A stretch of DNA of 63,030 nt, counting the filler, from Octopus bimaculoides (Eukaryota): assembly GCF_001194135.2 (NCBI RefSeq). It is 3 parts of 3 records of this genome, joined end to end, with 100 filler letters (N's around TTAATTAATTAA, not from the genome) between each part and the next. Parts side by side here need not be neighbours in the genome. Positions count along the whole stretch, not along the records: positions 1 to 28,102 come from NC_068991.1; 2 more parts are not named here. The stretch is one strand, 5' to 3'. Under the pieces are notes generated by a model that searched no databases, was not told the origin of the DNA, and was given only the letters and a program-made list of their open reading frames with translations. Both the position numbers and the translations under genes were made by a program. Each line of letters begins with the position of its first letter. Position 1 is the stretch's first letter. Shown here piece after piece: positions 1 to 11,253 of this stretch.

Positions 1-13
1 ATATATAATATAT

Positions 14-170
14 ACGACAGGCTTCTTTCAGTTTCTATCTACCAAATCTACTTACAAGGCTTTAGGCCTAGGGCTATAGTAGAAGACACTTGCCCAAGGT
101 GCCACACAGTGGGACTGAACCCAGAACTCTGTAGCTGAGAATCAAATATCATACAACACAGTCACGCCTA
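14..170 (-). mobile_element. SINE family A, 5' portion (tRNA-like head plus CCTTGGGCAAGTGTCTTCT block)
   Basis: Reverse complement of the element at 6764-7180; shared motif agaagacacttgcccaaggtgccac...gtgggactgaacc. Confidence 0.85.
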
Positions 171-479
171 GGGCACTCGACACATTTAATCGGAGTTACA
201 ATGTATTATGCAGCTGCATGCAACTTAAAGTTTCACTGGCTTCTGACAGGAAGCTGCTTCTTTCAGCTTTAGATTACCAAAAGAGGGACACAGGAAGTCT
301 ATGGAAAATGGGCTGCTATTGGTCAAGACAGGTCACATGGCATTTTCAGAGTAAGATCAATGATTCAGTGAAAACAGTTCTGTTAGCAAGGGGAATTTCT
401 AGGACCATGTGGCTGGACATGAAACTGGTGCCATCTAAGTGTCTGGAAACTGACAAAAGCAAAGCCAGTGAGTGTGTGT

Positions 480-800
480 GTTGTAAAGACCCCCCTTCAG
501 TCATGAATGACCATGAGATAGCCCCTAGAAAGCTCCCCTTCGAGGTGTAAATCCAAGCACAGTTCTTTAATGAAGACCAGCAGTCACCCATGCATACTGG
601 CCTCCCCTCTCCACGCCACCGATATTATCCAAGGGAAAAGCAAAGGCCAATACAGCTTAGCACCAGTGATGTTGCAACTCATTTCTACAGCTGCGTGAAC
701 TAGAGCAATGTGAAGTAAAGGATCTTGCTCAAGAACACAACATATAGACTGGTCCAGGAATTGAACACACTAACTCATGATTGTGAGCCTGACGATCTCA
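480..800 (-). mobile_element. tRNA-derived SINE-like repeat (family E), decayed
   Basis: Right end ggaattgaacacactaactcatgattgtgagcctgacg is the reverse complement of a tRNA-like B-box head; the body is recognised from memory as a cephalopod repeat. Confidence 0.55.
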
Positions 801-829
801 GATACATTAGTGCACGATAGTAGGTGTGG

Positions 830-2196
830 AGTTTGTATGTGTGTGTGAGTGTATGAAAATATGTGTGCACTTGTGCCTGCTACATGCACATGCATGCGCA
901 AACATATTTAGGCTGCATTTATGGGTGTGTGTGTGTATAAGTACGTACATTCTTGAATTTTCGTGTAAACGTATGAGTGCGTGTGTGTGTATAGGTACTT
1001 GTGTGTGTGTGTATATGGTTGGATGTGTGTGTACGGGTAACTTGTGTGTGTATGTGTGTGCATATATTTTCGTTATCTGTGTGCACATGTGACAGATGCA
1101 AGTTAGTGTTNNNNNNNNNNNNNNNNNNNNNNNNNNNNNNNNNNNNNNNNNNNNNNNNNNNNNNNNNNNNNNNNNNNNNNNNNNNNNNNNNNNNNNNNNN
1201 NNNNNNNNNNNNNNNNNNNNNNNNNNNNNNNNNNNNNNNNNNNNNNNNNNNNNNNNNNNNNNNNNNNNNNNNNNNNNNNNNNNNNNNNNNNNNNNNNNNN
1301 NNNNNNNNNNNNNNNNNNNNNNNNNNNNNNNNNNNNNNNNNNNNNNNNNNNNNNNNNNNNNNNNNNNNNNNNNNNNNNNNNNNNNNNNNNNNNNNNNNNN
1401 NNNNNNNNNNNNNNNNNNNNNNNNNNNNNNNNNNNNGGGGGGGGGGGGCAGGAATGTGCGTATGCATGCATGTGTGTACATAGATATTTGTATGTGTGTG
1501 AGTATGTGCTTATGTGTGCACGCTACATTTATGGAGGTGAAAGTAGGGGAATTGTAGGGGATGCATGAGGTTTTCGAGTCGGCCTGTGGTCTGCATAGGC
1601 ATTGGGGTTTGGGGAGCAGCTGATGTTAATGTAGGATACCTTGGTTCTGAACAGCCAGTGGTTCGAAGTTCACCAGGAGGGTTCACACATAAGCACCACA
1701 TCTGTCACACCTGCACACATGTTAAAAGCATATATAGAAGTGCACGCACACACACACACACACTCACACACACCCACACACACTTGCACACACCCACACA
1801 CACATTCACATCCCTATATATTCTTCCAGATATACATACATGCACTCATATATTTACACACAAATGCAAGAGTGTATATACGCACAGACTCCCACACACA
1901 CCCGTACATACAACCTATGTTTGCGAACTCACAAATGTGTAGCAGGCACTAGCACACTCATATACACACGCACACACATACACACACACACACACACACT
2001 CATAAAACCAATAACATACATCCATGCATTCATTCATCTGGTACACACACATACACACATGCACACACCCACACTCATAAAACCTGTAATATACCCACGT
2101 CCATGCATTCATTCATCAGGTATACACACATGCACACACACATGCTCACACACACTCATAAAACCAATAACATACATCCACACATTCATTCATCTG

Positions 2197-2257
<61 letters not shown>

Positions 2258-2265
2258 CACATACA
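830..2265. repeat. Compound (TG)n/(CA)n low-complexity microsatellite field with an N gap
   Basis: Direct reading; source of the CV/HT-repeat pseudo-ORFs in the ORF track. Confidence 0.95.
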
Positions 2266-2279
2266 TACTCACTGGCCTT

Positions 2280-2500
2280 CAGCCAGCCCCCAGAAACTGT
2301 TTTTGATCCATTAACATAAGGTTTGGATTTTTCTACAATTTGCCACATGATTGTATGAGGTGTGGAGTTGGTCTCCAAACCCCACATGTGGCGAGCCAAC
2401 TTGGTGGTTTTACTTTTGTCCATGTGCCAGAAAGAAGCTAAGTTGTTAGCATAATGACTTTTGGAGTTGCCTTTGGATAAACCCAATGTAATTCTTTTCG
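2280..2500 (-). mobile_element. Penelope-like element GIY-YIG endonuclease fragment
   Basis: YIGLSKGNSKSHYANNLASF...TTKLARHMWGLETNSTPHTIMWQIVEKSKPYVNGSK matches the PLE GIY-YIG C-terminal pattern (YIG...T.LS.H.W.LK......W.I..K..PY..G.K). Confidence 0.8.
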
Positions 2501-3785
2501 TCGGTTATGTTATCATGTAGCACTGTTGTAATATCTGCCTCATATATGATGGAGTTTATCATGCACCCTTGGTCTCGTGGACAAATAAACGCACGAAAGA
2601 TAACATGTCATTTTTAAATCAAAGAAGTCCACCACATTGATGAATTCCAAATCAGAAATTTTCAGTAAATACACACACATGGACAAGTTCTTTTTTGGCA
2701 AATTGGAGAACACCACTTGATCGAGCAACTGTATTGTACATTTTAGAACCCTTCTTTTGATTCTACATTATCTATCAAGCCTTATAAATCTACATTTATC
2801 TTGTTTTTTTTCATGATTTCTCTTGTTCTGTTGTACTGATTTGTAACTTGTATAGGCCATGTGCCCTAGAGCCTGGTTACTTGGAGATACTAAGCATGTT
2901 TTAAAACCTGCCTAGATGACTTCTTCAATGTATGAAATTATTAGCAGCTCATTACTATATTACTATGTTCATTAAACAGAATTTATTTCTTACTAGGTGG
3001 ACTACATACTTTTTTTTATTGATCTTACCTTAATAGAAAAGTAAAACTATATATANNNNNNNNNNNNNNNNNNNNNNNNNNNNNNNNNNNNNNNNNNNNN
3101 NNNNNNNNNNNNNNNNNNNNNNNNNNNNNNNNNNNNNNNNNNNNNNNNNNNNNNNNNNNNNNNNNNNNNNNNNNNNNNNNNNNNNNNNNNNNNNNNNNNN
3201 NNNNNNNNNNNNNNNNNNNNNNNNNNNNNNNNNNNNNNNNNNNNNNNNNNNNNNNNNNNNNNNNNNNNNNNNNNNNNNNNNNNNNNNNNNNNNNNNNNNN
3301 NNNNNNNNNNNNNNNNNNNNNNNNNNNNNNNNNNNNNNNNNNNNNNNNNNNNNNNNNNNNNNNNNNNNNNNNNNNNNNNNNNNNNNNNNNNNNNNNNNNN
3401 NNNNNNNNNNNNNNNNNNNNNNNNNNNNNNNNNNNNNNNNNNNNNNNNNNNNNNNNNNNNNNNNNNNNNNNNNNNNNNNNNNNNNNNNNNNNNNNNNNNN
3501 NNNNNNNNNNNNNNNNNNNNNNNNNNNNNNNNNNNNNNNNNNNNNNNNNNNNNNNNNNNNNNNNNNNNNNNNNNNNNNNNNNNNNNNNNNNNNNNNNNNN
3601 NNNNNNNNNNNNNNNNNNNNNNNNNNNNNNNNNNNNNNNNNNNNNNNNNNNNNNNNNNNNNNNNNNNNNNNNNNNNNNNNNNNNNNNNNNNNNNNNNNNN
3701 NNNNNNNNNNNNNNNNNNNNNNNNNNNNNNNNNNNNNNNNNNNNNNNNNNNNNNNNNNNNNNNNNNNNNNNNNNNNNNNNNNNNN

Positions 3786-4220
3786 GTTATATAGAGCTAT
3801 AGCTAGTAGTGTCATGGTATGTAGTGTTACAGAGTCCCACAATATAGTATTACATTGCACCAGAGAGTATAATGTTACATAGTACCACAGAATATAGTGT
3901 TACATAGTGTCACAGAATGATACATAGTGCCACAGAATGTAATGTTACATACTGTCACAGAATATAGTGTTGCATTGTTCCACAGAATATAATGTTACAT
4001 AGTACCATAGAATATAGTGATAAATAGTGTCATAGAATGTAATGTTACATAGTGCCACTAAATGTAGTTTTACATAGTTACAGACAGTAATGTTACATAG
4101 TGCCACTAAATGTAGTTTTACATAGTTACAGACAGTAATGTTACAAAGTGCCTGAGACAGTAACGTTACCTTGTGATACAGCTTCTAGGGTTATATAGTG
4201 CTACAAAATGTAATGATAAC
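3786..4220. repeat. Minisatellite, ~25-bp unit (cacagaatatagtgttacatagtgt) with alternating variants
   Basis: More than 12 degenerate tandem units read directly; runs into the 3056-3785 gap. Confidence 0.9.
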
Positions 4221-4300
4221 ACGAAGTAGTGATACAAACTCTACACCAGGTACTAGGATGACATATTCTGTGACTGACACCATCGAACAATTTGATAGGT

Positions 4301-4470
4301 TTAACCCTTTAGTAATTAAACTGGCCGCATCCAGCTTAAATATTCTGTTTTATGTTCAAACTGGCTAGATTTGACTACTGCCATTCTAAAAATATACAAT
4401 CACATCTTTGAAGTGCCGAAACTGTGAGATAATGCATGATTAATTTAGAATAGTGTGAATTAAATCTATC
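4301..4470. mobile_element. piggyBac-type MITE, partial (TTAA|CCCTTTAG terminus)
   Basis: Starts ttaaccctttagtaattaaactggccgcatccagc; TTAA followed by a CCC terminus is the piggyBac signature; second terminus not found. Confidence 0.5.
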
Positions 4471-4868
4471 CTTACATTTGCAATCCAACACAGCCCTAAC
4501 AAATTAAGACCACGACACCATTTGATTTCTTAGATATAAATGTACCAATACAGAACAACACATGATGGTAGTTGAAAATAATTAATGGCTTTTGCGAAAA
4601 TGCGGCTCAACTTTGAATGCAAATGGAATGGATTTGTCACCAAGAACATAATGAGGATGGGGATCATTTACCATTAGGTAGAATTTTGCATTGTTACACA
4701 TTCTTGTAAATTCCAAAGTTGGCTATGGCATTTAGTAGCTTTAGTTGTTGTTGTTGCTACAATGATTTCAGAACATTAAGAAGAAGACAGAGAAAGACAT
4801 TCAGTGTCAGGTAGGTATGGAGGTGCAATTTAGAAGCTTACTTTTTGAGCCTATTTGTATAGTTTAAT

Positions 4869-5257
4869 GTGGAGGCGCAATGGCCCAGTGGTTAGGGCAG
4901 CGGACTCGCGGTCATAGGATCGCGGTTTCGATTCCCAGACCGGGCATTGTGAGTGTTTATTGAGCGAAAACACCTAAAAGCTCCACGAGGCTCCGGCAGG
5001 GGATGGTGGCGAACCCTGCTGTACTCTTTCACCACAACTTTCTCTCACTCTTACTTCCTGTTTCTGTTGTGCCTGTAATTCAAAGAGTCAGCCTTGTCAC
5101 ACTGTGTCACACTGAATATCCCCGAGAACTACGTAAAGGGTACACGTGTCTGTGGAGTGCTCAGCCACTTGCACGTTAATTTCACAAGTAGGCTGTTCCA
5201 TTGATCGGATCAACTGGAACCCTCGATGTCGTAAGCGACGGAGTGCCAACAACAACA
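4869..5257 (+). mobile_element. tRNA-derived SINE family D, full length, young
   Basis: A box TGGCCCAGTGG, B-box-like GGTTTCGATTCC, (AAC)n tail, 10-bp TSD ATAGTTTAAT at 4859-4868 and 5258-5267; CpGs retained. Confidence 0.93.
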
Positions 5258-5538
5258 ATAGTTTAATAGAGGTGATTTCATTTGACTATACCCATGGAAT
5301 ATGCAAAAAAAAAAAATGGGTGGCCACATGTTTTTTGTGTTTACAGCTGAACATAATTATGCTTCTGTTAATTAGCAAGCTGTGAACACAGAACCATGTG
5401 ACTGCCTACTTTTATGCCTTGCAGTTGTGTAGTCAAACAATATTGTACTCATTAAAGTGTATTTGCTGGTTGAAAGGTTTAAACTATACATTCTGGTTTG
5501 ATAAACATGTGCTTATTTATCATAAACATACTTTTATA

Positions 5539-5685
5539 TGTAAAGAATAAAACGTTTAGGAAGGTATAACAATTCTAATTCCGAAATATCATCGGACTAT
5601 AGTTTACCAAGTTACAACAGGTATATAGTCCATTTTTTGTTCTATAGTGCATTGTTATACCTTCCTAAACTTTTTATTCTTTACA
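5539..5685. mobile_element. 147-bp MITE-like element with ~35-bp terminal inverted repeats
   Basis: tgtaaagaataaaacgtttaggaaggtataacaat versus attgttataccttcctaaactttttattctttaca (1 mismatch); inner IR ggactata/tatagtcc; no clear TSD. Confidence 0.7.
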
Positions 5686-5929
5686 AACAATACACAATGC
5701 TTCAAGCGAACTACAATACTCTCCTATACTTTTATATGTTGTTCCAGAGCATCTCAAAATAAATACGGTAGGAAAAGAGTTAATGTCCTTTGTCTGAAAT
5801 CCTTCATCACATATCCTGTAACCTCTTCAGCAACTCTCCATCCCATGTGTCTCCTGTTCTGCTTAGTCCCACATGTCTCCTGTTCTGTTTAGTACAATTT
5901 ATTGAACATAAACATTTACATAAAAAGCT

Positions 5930-6095
5930 TCCAGTACACTCTGGAAAGTGGTTGATGTTACGAAGGCCTTCCAGCCATGGAAACCATGCCAAAACAGAAA
6001 ACTGACACTTTGTGTGGCATTCTTGCTTGCCAGCTCCTGTCAAACTGTTCAACCCATGCCAGCATGGAAAACAGACATTAAACAATGATGATGAC
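5930..6095 (+). mobile_element. RTE-type LINE/SINE 3' tail variant with (GAT)n
   Basis: aacccatgccagcatggaaaacagacattaaacaatgatgatgac, same tail as 31336-31510. Confidence 0.7.
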
Positions 6096-6271
6096 ACACA
6101 CCCACACATGCATGCACACACACACACACACAATAGCTTTTTTTTTTTTCAGCTTTTGCCCATCAAATCCACTCAAGGCTTTGGTTGGCTTAGGGCGACA
6201 GGAGAAGACGCTNNNNNNNNNNCAGCTTTTGCCCATCAAATCCACTCAAGGCTTTGGTTGGCTTAGGGCGA

Positions 6272-6433
6272 CAGGAGAAGACGCTTGCCCAAGGCACTGC
6301 ACACAATGTTTGCATCAGGAGAAGGCACTTGCCCAAGGCACTGCACACAATGTTTGCATCAGGAGAAGACACTTGTCCAAGGCACTGCATACGATGTTTG
6401 CATCAGGAGAAGGCACTGCATACAATGTTTACA
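6272..6433. repeat. 44-bp tandem repeat (about 3.5 units) derived from a SINE-A segment
   Basis: Units start at 6272, 6316, 6360 and 6404: caggagaagacgcttgcccaaggcactgcacacaatgtttgcat. Confidence 0.9.
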
Positions 6434-6763
6434 TACATGCATGCATACATACATACATACATACATACATGGATACATGCATACATGCATACATACATAC
6501 ATGTATACATACATACATATGTACATACAGCGGAGCTTGAAGCTGTCCAACACCACTACACTAAAAAGATTGAAACAGTGCTGCGGATGAACTGCAGGGA
6601 TAGGTTGATAAAACTGTAACTTTACTCCCTGGAGTGAAGACATGACTGATATGTAATAATCTGCATACGGAAAACTCTAGAATGGCTAGAACCTAATTTC
6701 AGCATTGAGTGTTATACAAATGCCAGAACTAGATGCCATTGTATTGTACAGAAGTTACCATAT

Positions 6764-6927
6764 AGGCGCAGGAGTGGCTGTGTGGTAAGTAGCTTGCTTA
6801 TCAACCACATGGTTCCAGGATCAGACCCATTGTGTGGCACCTTAGGCAAGTGTCTTCTACTATAGCCTCGGGCCGACCAAAGCCTTGTGAGTGGATTTGG
6901 TAGATGGAAACTGAAAGAAGCCCGTCG

Positions 6928-6960
<33 letters not shown>

Positions 6961-7180
6961 ATATGTGTTTGTGTGTCTGTTTGTCCCCCGCAACATCGCT
7001 TGGCAACTGATGCTGGTGTGTTTACATCCCTGTAACTTAGCGGTTCGGCAAAAGAGTCCGATAGAATAAGTACTAGGCTTACAAAGAATAAGTCCTGGGC
7101 TCGATTTGCTCGACTAAAGGTGGTGCTCCAGCACGGCCGCGGTCAAATGACTGAAACAAGTAAAAGAGTAAAAAAAAGAG
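6764..7180 (+). mobile_element. SINE family A, full length
   Basis: tRNA-like head (gtggctgtgtggtaag...ggttccaggatcagaccc), CCTTAGGCAAGTG block, internal (TA)n/(TG)n, tail ggtggtgctccagcacggccgcggtcaaatgactgaaacaagtaaaagag. Confidence 0.9.
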
Positions 7181-7189
7181 TATCCACTT

Positions 7190-7530
7190 TATCTAAATTC
7201 ATGACCAGATACTTGCAATAGCCTAGGGTTAAAAGGCCCACAGCTCTTCAATGCCACAAAAATGAAGAAATCTGCATAAGGTGGAAGTAGATGTCTTCAA
7301 AAAGGAACTAGACATCCTCCTCTCCACAATGCCGGATGAACCAACAGCCCAACATGAAGTACAGACAAGCGAAGCAGAATCAGACTTCCTTATACACTAA
7401 GTGGGCCAAAAGCTGGACAAAGGTGCATACTGGATTGATGATGTGAAGCACCCCAAACTGAGGAGTAAATCAGCAAGACCACGGTGATGCTCCAGCATGA
7501 CTGCAGCTACATAGCTGAAACAAGTAAAAG
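7190..7530 (+). mobile_element. CR1/L2-type LINE 3' end (ORF2 C-terminus plus 3' tail)
   Basis: Translates with frameshifts to ...GPQLFNA...VDVFKKELDILLSTMPDEP, a non-LTR ORF2 C-terminal pattern; ends ggtgatgctccagcatgactgcagctacatagctgaaacaagtaaaaga. Confidence 0.65.
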
Positions 7531-7610
7531 AGTATATATACAGAGATAGAAATTTTAGAACTAGCATTTATATATGTGTGTGTATATATATATACATATA
7601 TATATATATA

Positions 7611-7659
<49 letters not shown>

Positions 7660-7664
<5 letters not shown>

Positions 7665-7888
7665 CGGGTGGCACATAAAAGACACCATTTCGAGCATGGC
7701 CGTTTTCGTGCGGGTGACACGTAAAAGCACCCACTACACTCTCTGAGTGGTTGGCGTTAGGAAGGGCATCCGGCTGTAGAAACTCTGCCAAATTAGACTG
7801 GAGCCTGGTGTTGCCATCCGGTTTCACCAGTCCTCAGTCAAATCGTCCAACCCATGCTAGCATGGAAAGCGGACGTTAAACGACGACG

Positions 7889-7923
<35 letters not shown>

Positions 7924-8100
7924 TACTCTCTCTACTTGTTTCAGTCATTTGACTGTGGCCATGCTGGAGCACCACCTTTAGTCGGGCAAATCGAGCGCAG
8001 GACTTATCGGAGCCTGGTGCAGTCATCTGGTTCGCCACTTCTCAGTCAGATCATCCAACCCATGCTAGCATGGAAAGCAGACGTTTAAACGATGATGATG
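7660..8100 (+). mobile_element. Two RTE-type 3'-tail repeats (family B) plus an inverted SINE-A tail
   Basis: ttaggaagggcatcc.gctgtagaaactctgccaaa...catgctagcatggaaagcggacgttaaacga at 7757-7890 and ~8005-8100; SINE-A tail on the minus strand at ~7930-8005. Confidence 0.85.
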
Positions 8101-8101
8101 A

Positions 8102-8136
<35 letters not shown>

Positions 8137-8712
8137 GAGATGGGGGAGACATACACATGCACGCACACACAGACATTTATATTTGTGCGTGCATGTTTCT
8201 AATACTTCTGATCAGTCAGATCTGTTTGGCTAATGCATTTAATATTGACATGTACTTAGAACTGTGTTACTTTTCCCACTTATTAGTCAACAACTTCTCA
8301 CATGTTTGCCTCAGTCATGACATTGCCAACATTTTAACACAATACCCATCACCATAAAACCTTTTAAAGATTAACTTTCCAACTTTCCATTAAGTCTTTT
8401 GTATTTATTTAATGTTGTTAACTTGAAAGCTAGAAGAGTCTACATCATGAGGCTTACACAGTCACAGAAGCAGTTGTTTAGCCCTAAGTCAAATGGAGTT
8501 GAATAGACATATGCTCAGTAGTAATTCACCAATGCTTATTTCATCTATTTTCCTTTTCTCTTTTCTTTTTTTTATAATTTTTTTTCAAGATGTAGTATAT
8601 CTCAGAATACATTTTACAATGTGTCTCAGCTATTTTATTTTATCTCTTTACCCTTACTTTACATATATATATGTATATGTATATATTCTCTCTCTGTTTA
8701 TTTCCTCATATT

Positions 8713-8750
8713 CCTTTCTGTTGAAGAGTTTAGGCTTGGAACATAAAAGA
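8713..8750 (+). ncRNA. Decayed minimal type I hammerhead motif (CUGUUGA family) in a PLE-like terminal repeat
   Basis: CCTTT CTGTTGA AGAGT TTAG GCTT GGAAC ATA AAAGA; homologous to the intact copy at 62446-62482; downstream sequence is shared and ends at (TA)n. Confidence 0.6.
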
Positions 8751-8851
8751 CTTTCTCACTTTCCCAAGCGTCAAACTAATACACCTGCTTCTTGTTCATG
8801 CACCTGTCTACGTCTTGTTTTTCTGTAAATTTCAACTATATATATATATAT

Positions 8852-8888
<37 letters not shown>

Positions 8889-9148
8889 GTAGGGATAAAA
8901 ATCCAAAATTACAGGTAAAAACTCAATTAAAATCAATTTATTAAAAATTAAAATTAAATTAAGTTTCATAGTATTAAATATATATAAATATATAGTTTTA
9001 GGGAAAAGAACCAAGGTTCATGAACTCATCGATGAAAATCCACTGTCACATATAGAAAAATTAATAATTAAAAGCACAATAAATAAGTATAATATAATAC
9101 AAAGTAAATATCATAAGATCAAGATAATATATATATATATATATATAT

Positions 9149-9149
<1 letters not shown>

Positions 9150-9193
<44 letters not shown>

Positions 9194-9330
9194 GTTTAAC
9201 GTCCGCTTTCCATGCTAGCATGGGTTGGACGACTTGACTGAGGACTGGTGAAACCGGATGGCAACACCAGGCTCCAATCTAAATTTGGCAGAGTTTCTAC
9301 AGCTGGATGCCCTTCCTAACGCCAACCACT
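9150..9330 (-). mobile_element. RTE-type 3'-tail repeat (family B)
   Basis: (CAT)n followed by cgtttaacgtccgctttccatgctagcatgggttggacg. Confidence 0.88.
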
Positions 9331-9340
9331 CAATATATAT

Positions 9341-9800
9341 ACGAGGGGAAGTCAAAAATTATCTGCACTTTCACCATAACATATCTTTATTATTGTCACT
9401 CTGTCTTCTGCACATGTGTGCTTATAGTTGGCACCACTGTGGTCATGTGATCGAAGTTTGGGCCTGATCATGCTTCCTTTCTTTCTGGCTTTGCAGTGTA
9501 AACATGGCCGCTCTACTAGCAACGGGCACCAAAGAACAAGAAGCAGTGATCTGAGAGATGGTAATGGGGAACCAGTTCATCTTTACCATCTCTTAAGCTT
9601 GCTGAATCTTCTCATCAGTGGTGGAGGTTGACGGGTCGGGGTCCTGCTCCCTCTTCGTGCATCACACTTGTCCAGCCACTTTTAAACTTCTTAATCCATT
9701 CACACACACTTCTACATGGTAGTGCACTGTCTCTGTATTGTGTAAAAAGCCTCTGATGAATGTCATCACCTGACACCCTTTCAACGAGAGAAATCGGGTC
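9341..9800. mobile_element. mariner remnant 1: TIR plus transposase N-terminus with an internal inversion
   Basis: ta|cgaggggaagtcaaaaattatc TIR; ATG at 9504 gives MAALLATGTKEQ.AVI on +; the continuation RFLSLKGVSGDDIHQRLFTQYRDSALPCRSVCEWIKKFKSG is on the minus strand at ~9570-9798. Confidence 0.75.
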
Positions 9801-9807
9801 ATTTGAA

Positions 9808-11212
9808 ATGGATAACCAAAAATTTCATATTCGCATTCATTGTAATGCTTTTCTTTTTTAAAAAAGGAAAAAAATGCTGCAAAGACTTCTGAAAACGTTT
9901 CTAAAGTTTGTGGTGATGTTGTTGTTAGCACTCTGTCGCTTACGACGTCAAGGGTTCCAGTTGATCCAATCAAGGAACAGCCTGCTCGTGAAATTAACGT
10001 GCAAGTGGCTGAGCACTCCACAGATATTCAGCGTGACACAGTGTGACAAGGCTGGCCCTTTGAATTACAGGCACAACAGAAACAGGAAGTAAGAGTGAGA
10101 GAAAGTTGTGGTGAAAGAGTACAGCAGGGTTCGCCACCATCCCCTGCCGGAGCCTCGTGGAGCTTTAGGTGTTTTCGCTCAATAAGCACTCACAATGTCT
10201 GGTCTGGGAATCGAAACCGCGATCGTATGACCACGAGTCCGCTGCCCTAACCACTGGGCCATTGCGCCTCCACTGTGGTGATGATACAGTAAGTAAATCA
10301 ACTGTTCAAAGGTGATTTGGAAAATTTAAAGCTAGAAAGTTTAGCTTCGAAGATGGCAATCACATTGGTAGACCTTCAAAACTGGATGAAGTTGTTCTGA
10401 AGGCAAAAATTGAAGAAAACTCAAATATCATGACTAGAGAACTTGTAGAGAAGTTGGAACTGTCTAAAAGTACAGCTCATGAACAGCTAATGAAGCTAGG
10501 ATACATTTCTCACTATAATCTGTGAGTCCCTCAGAAACTCTCAGAAAGAATTGCTGAGACTGGTATTCTGTTTGTGATAAGCTTTTGAGATGGAATGAAA
10601 GCATGCCCTTTTTGAAACAACTTGTGACTGGAGTTGAAAAATGGATTGTGTGCGAAAATGTCGTGCAAAAAAGGTCCTGGAGTTTGCATAAGGATCCCCC
10701 GAAAAAGCAACCAAAGACAAATATCCATGCTGAAAAAGCCATGTTTTGTGTTTGGTGGGATCATAAAGTCATTATTTATTATGGGCTTCTCCCACAAAAC
10801 CAGACCATTAATTCTGATGTGTACTGTTGTCAGCTGGCTAATTTGAACCAAAAAATCAAAGAATTCAGGCTGGAAAGGAGTAATGCTCCAACTAGACAAT
10901 GCCCAAACACATGTGTCTTTGGCTACCTGAACAAAGTTACATGAACTTGGCTTGGGATCTCTTACCCCATCCACCATATTCTCCTGATATTGTGTCAAAT
11001 GCATTGTGTCAAAATGCATCTAGATAACTTTTTTTCTTCAAAACCAGTCAAAATTTATCCTGATGGAATATTTAAGCTGCCTGATAGATGGGTAAAGGTC
11101 TTTAATAATAATAGAAATTATTTCATTGAATAAAATTTATTAAAAGGTCAATTATTTATTTATATCCGTTTTTGCATATTAAATAATGCTCAGAACTTTC
11201 CAGACAACCTAA
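9808..11212 (+). mobile_element. mariner remnant 2 (DD34D-type), pseudogenised, interrupted by a SINE
   Basis: MDNQKFHIR...KKGKNAAKT; LVTGVEKWIVCENV; MFCVWWDHKVIIYYGLLPQNQTINSDVYC; HPPYSPD; 3' TIR cagaactttccagacaacctaata. Confidence 0.88.
9919..10273 (-). mobile_element. tRNA-derived SINE family D inserted in mariner 2
   Basis: Near-identical reverse complement of 4869-5257; 10-bp TSD TGTGGTGATG at 9909-9918 and 10274-10283. Confidence 0.93.
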
Positions 11213-11253
11213 TATATGTTATATATGTGTGTGTATGTATGTATATATATATA

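Noticed and set aside
1437-1448. Poly-G run at a gap edge (also 13060-13071)
   Set aside because: Homopolymers at contig ends are unreliable; not treated as G-quadruplex features.
4772-4810. 39-nt plus-strand segment bounded by tttcag and gtaggt (NIKKKTEKDIQCQ)
   Set aside because: Too short and isolated to support; no compatible neighbours found.
6150-6285. 63-bp perfect direct repeat
   Set aside because: The copies flank a 10-N gap; typical unmerged contig overlap.
3786-6433. Short periodic repeats considered as CRISPR-like arrays
   Set aside because: Pure tandem units without unique spacers, eukaryotic context, no cas genes.
9605-9625. CTGATGA on the minus strand
   Set aside because: Lies within mariner coding sequence (TTDEK); no ribozyme stems.
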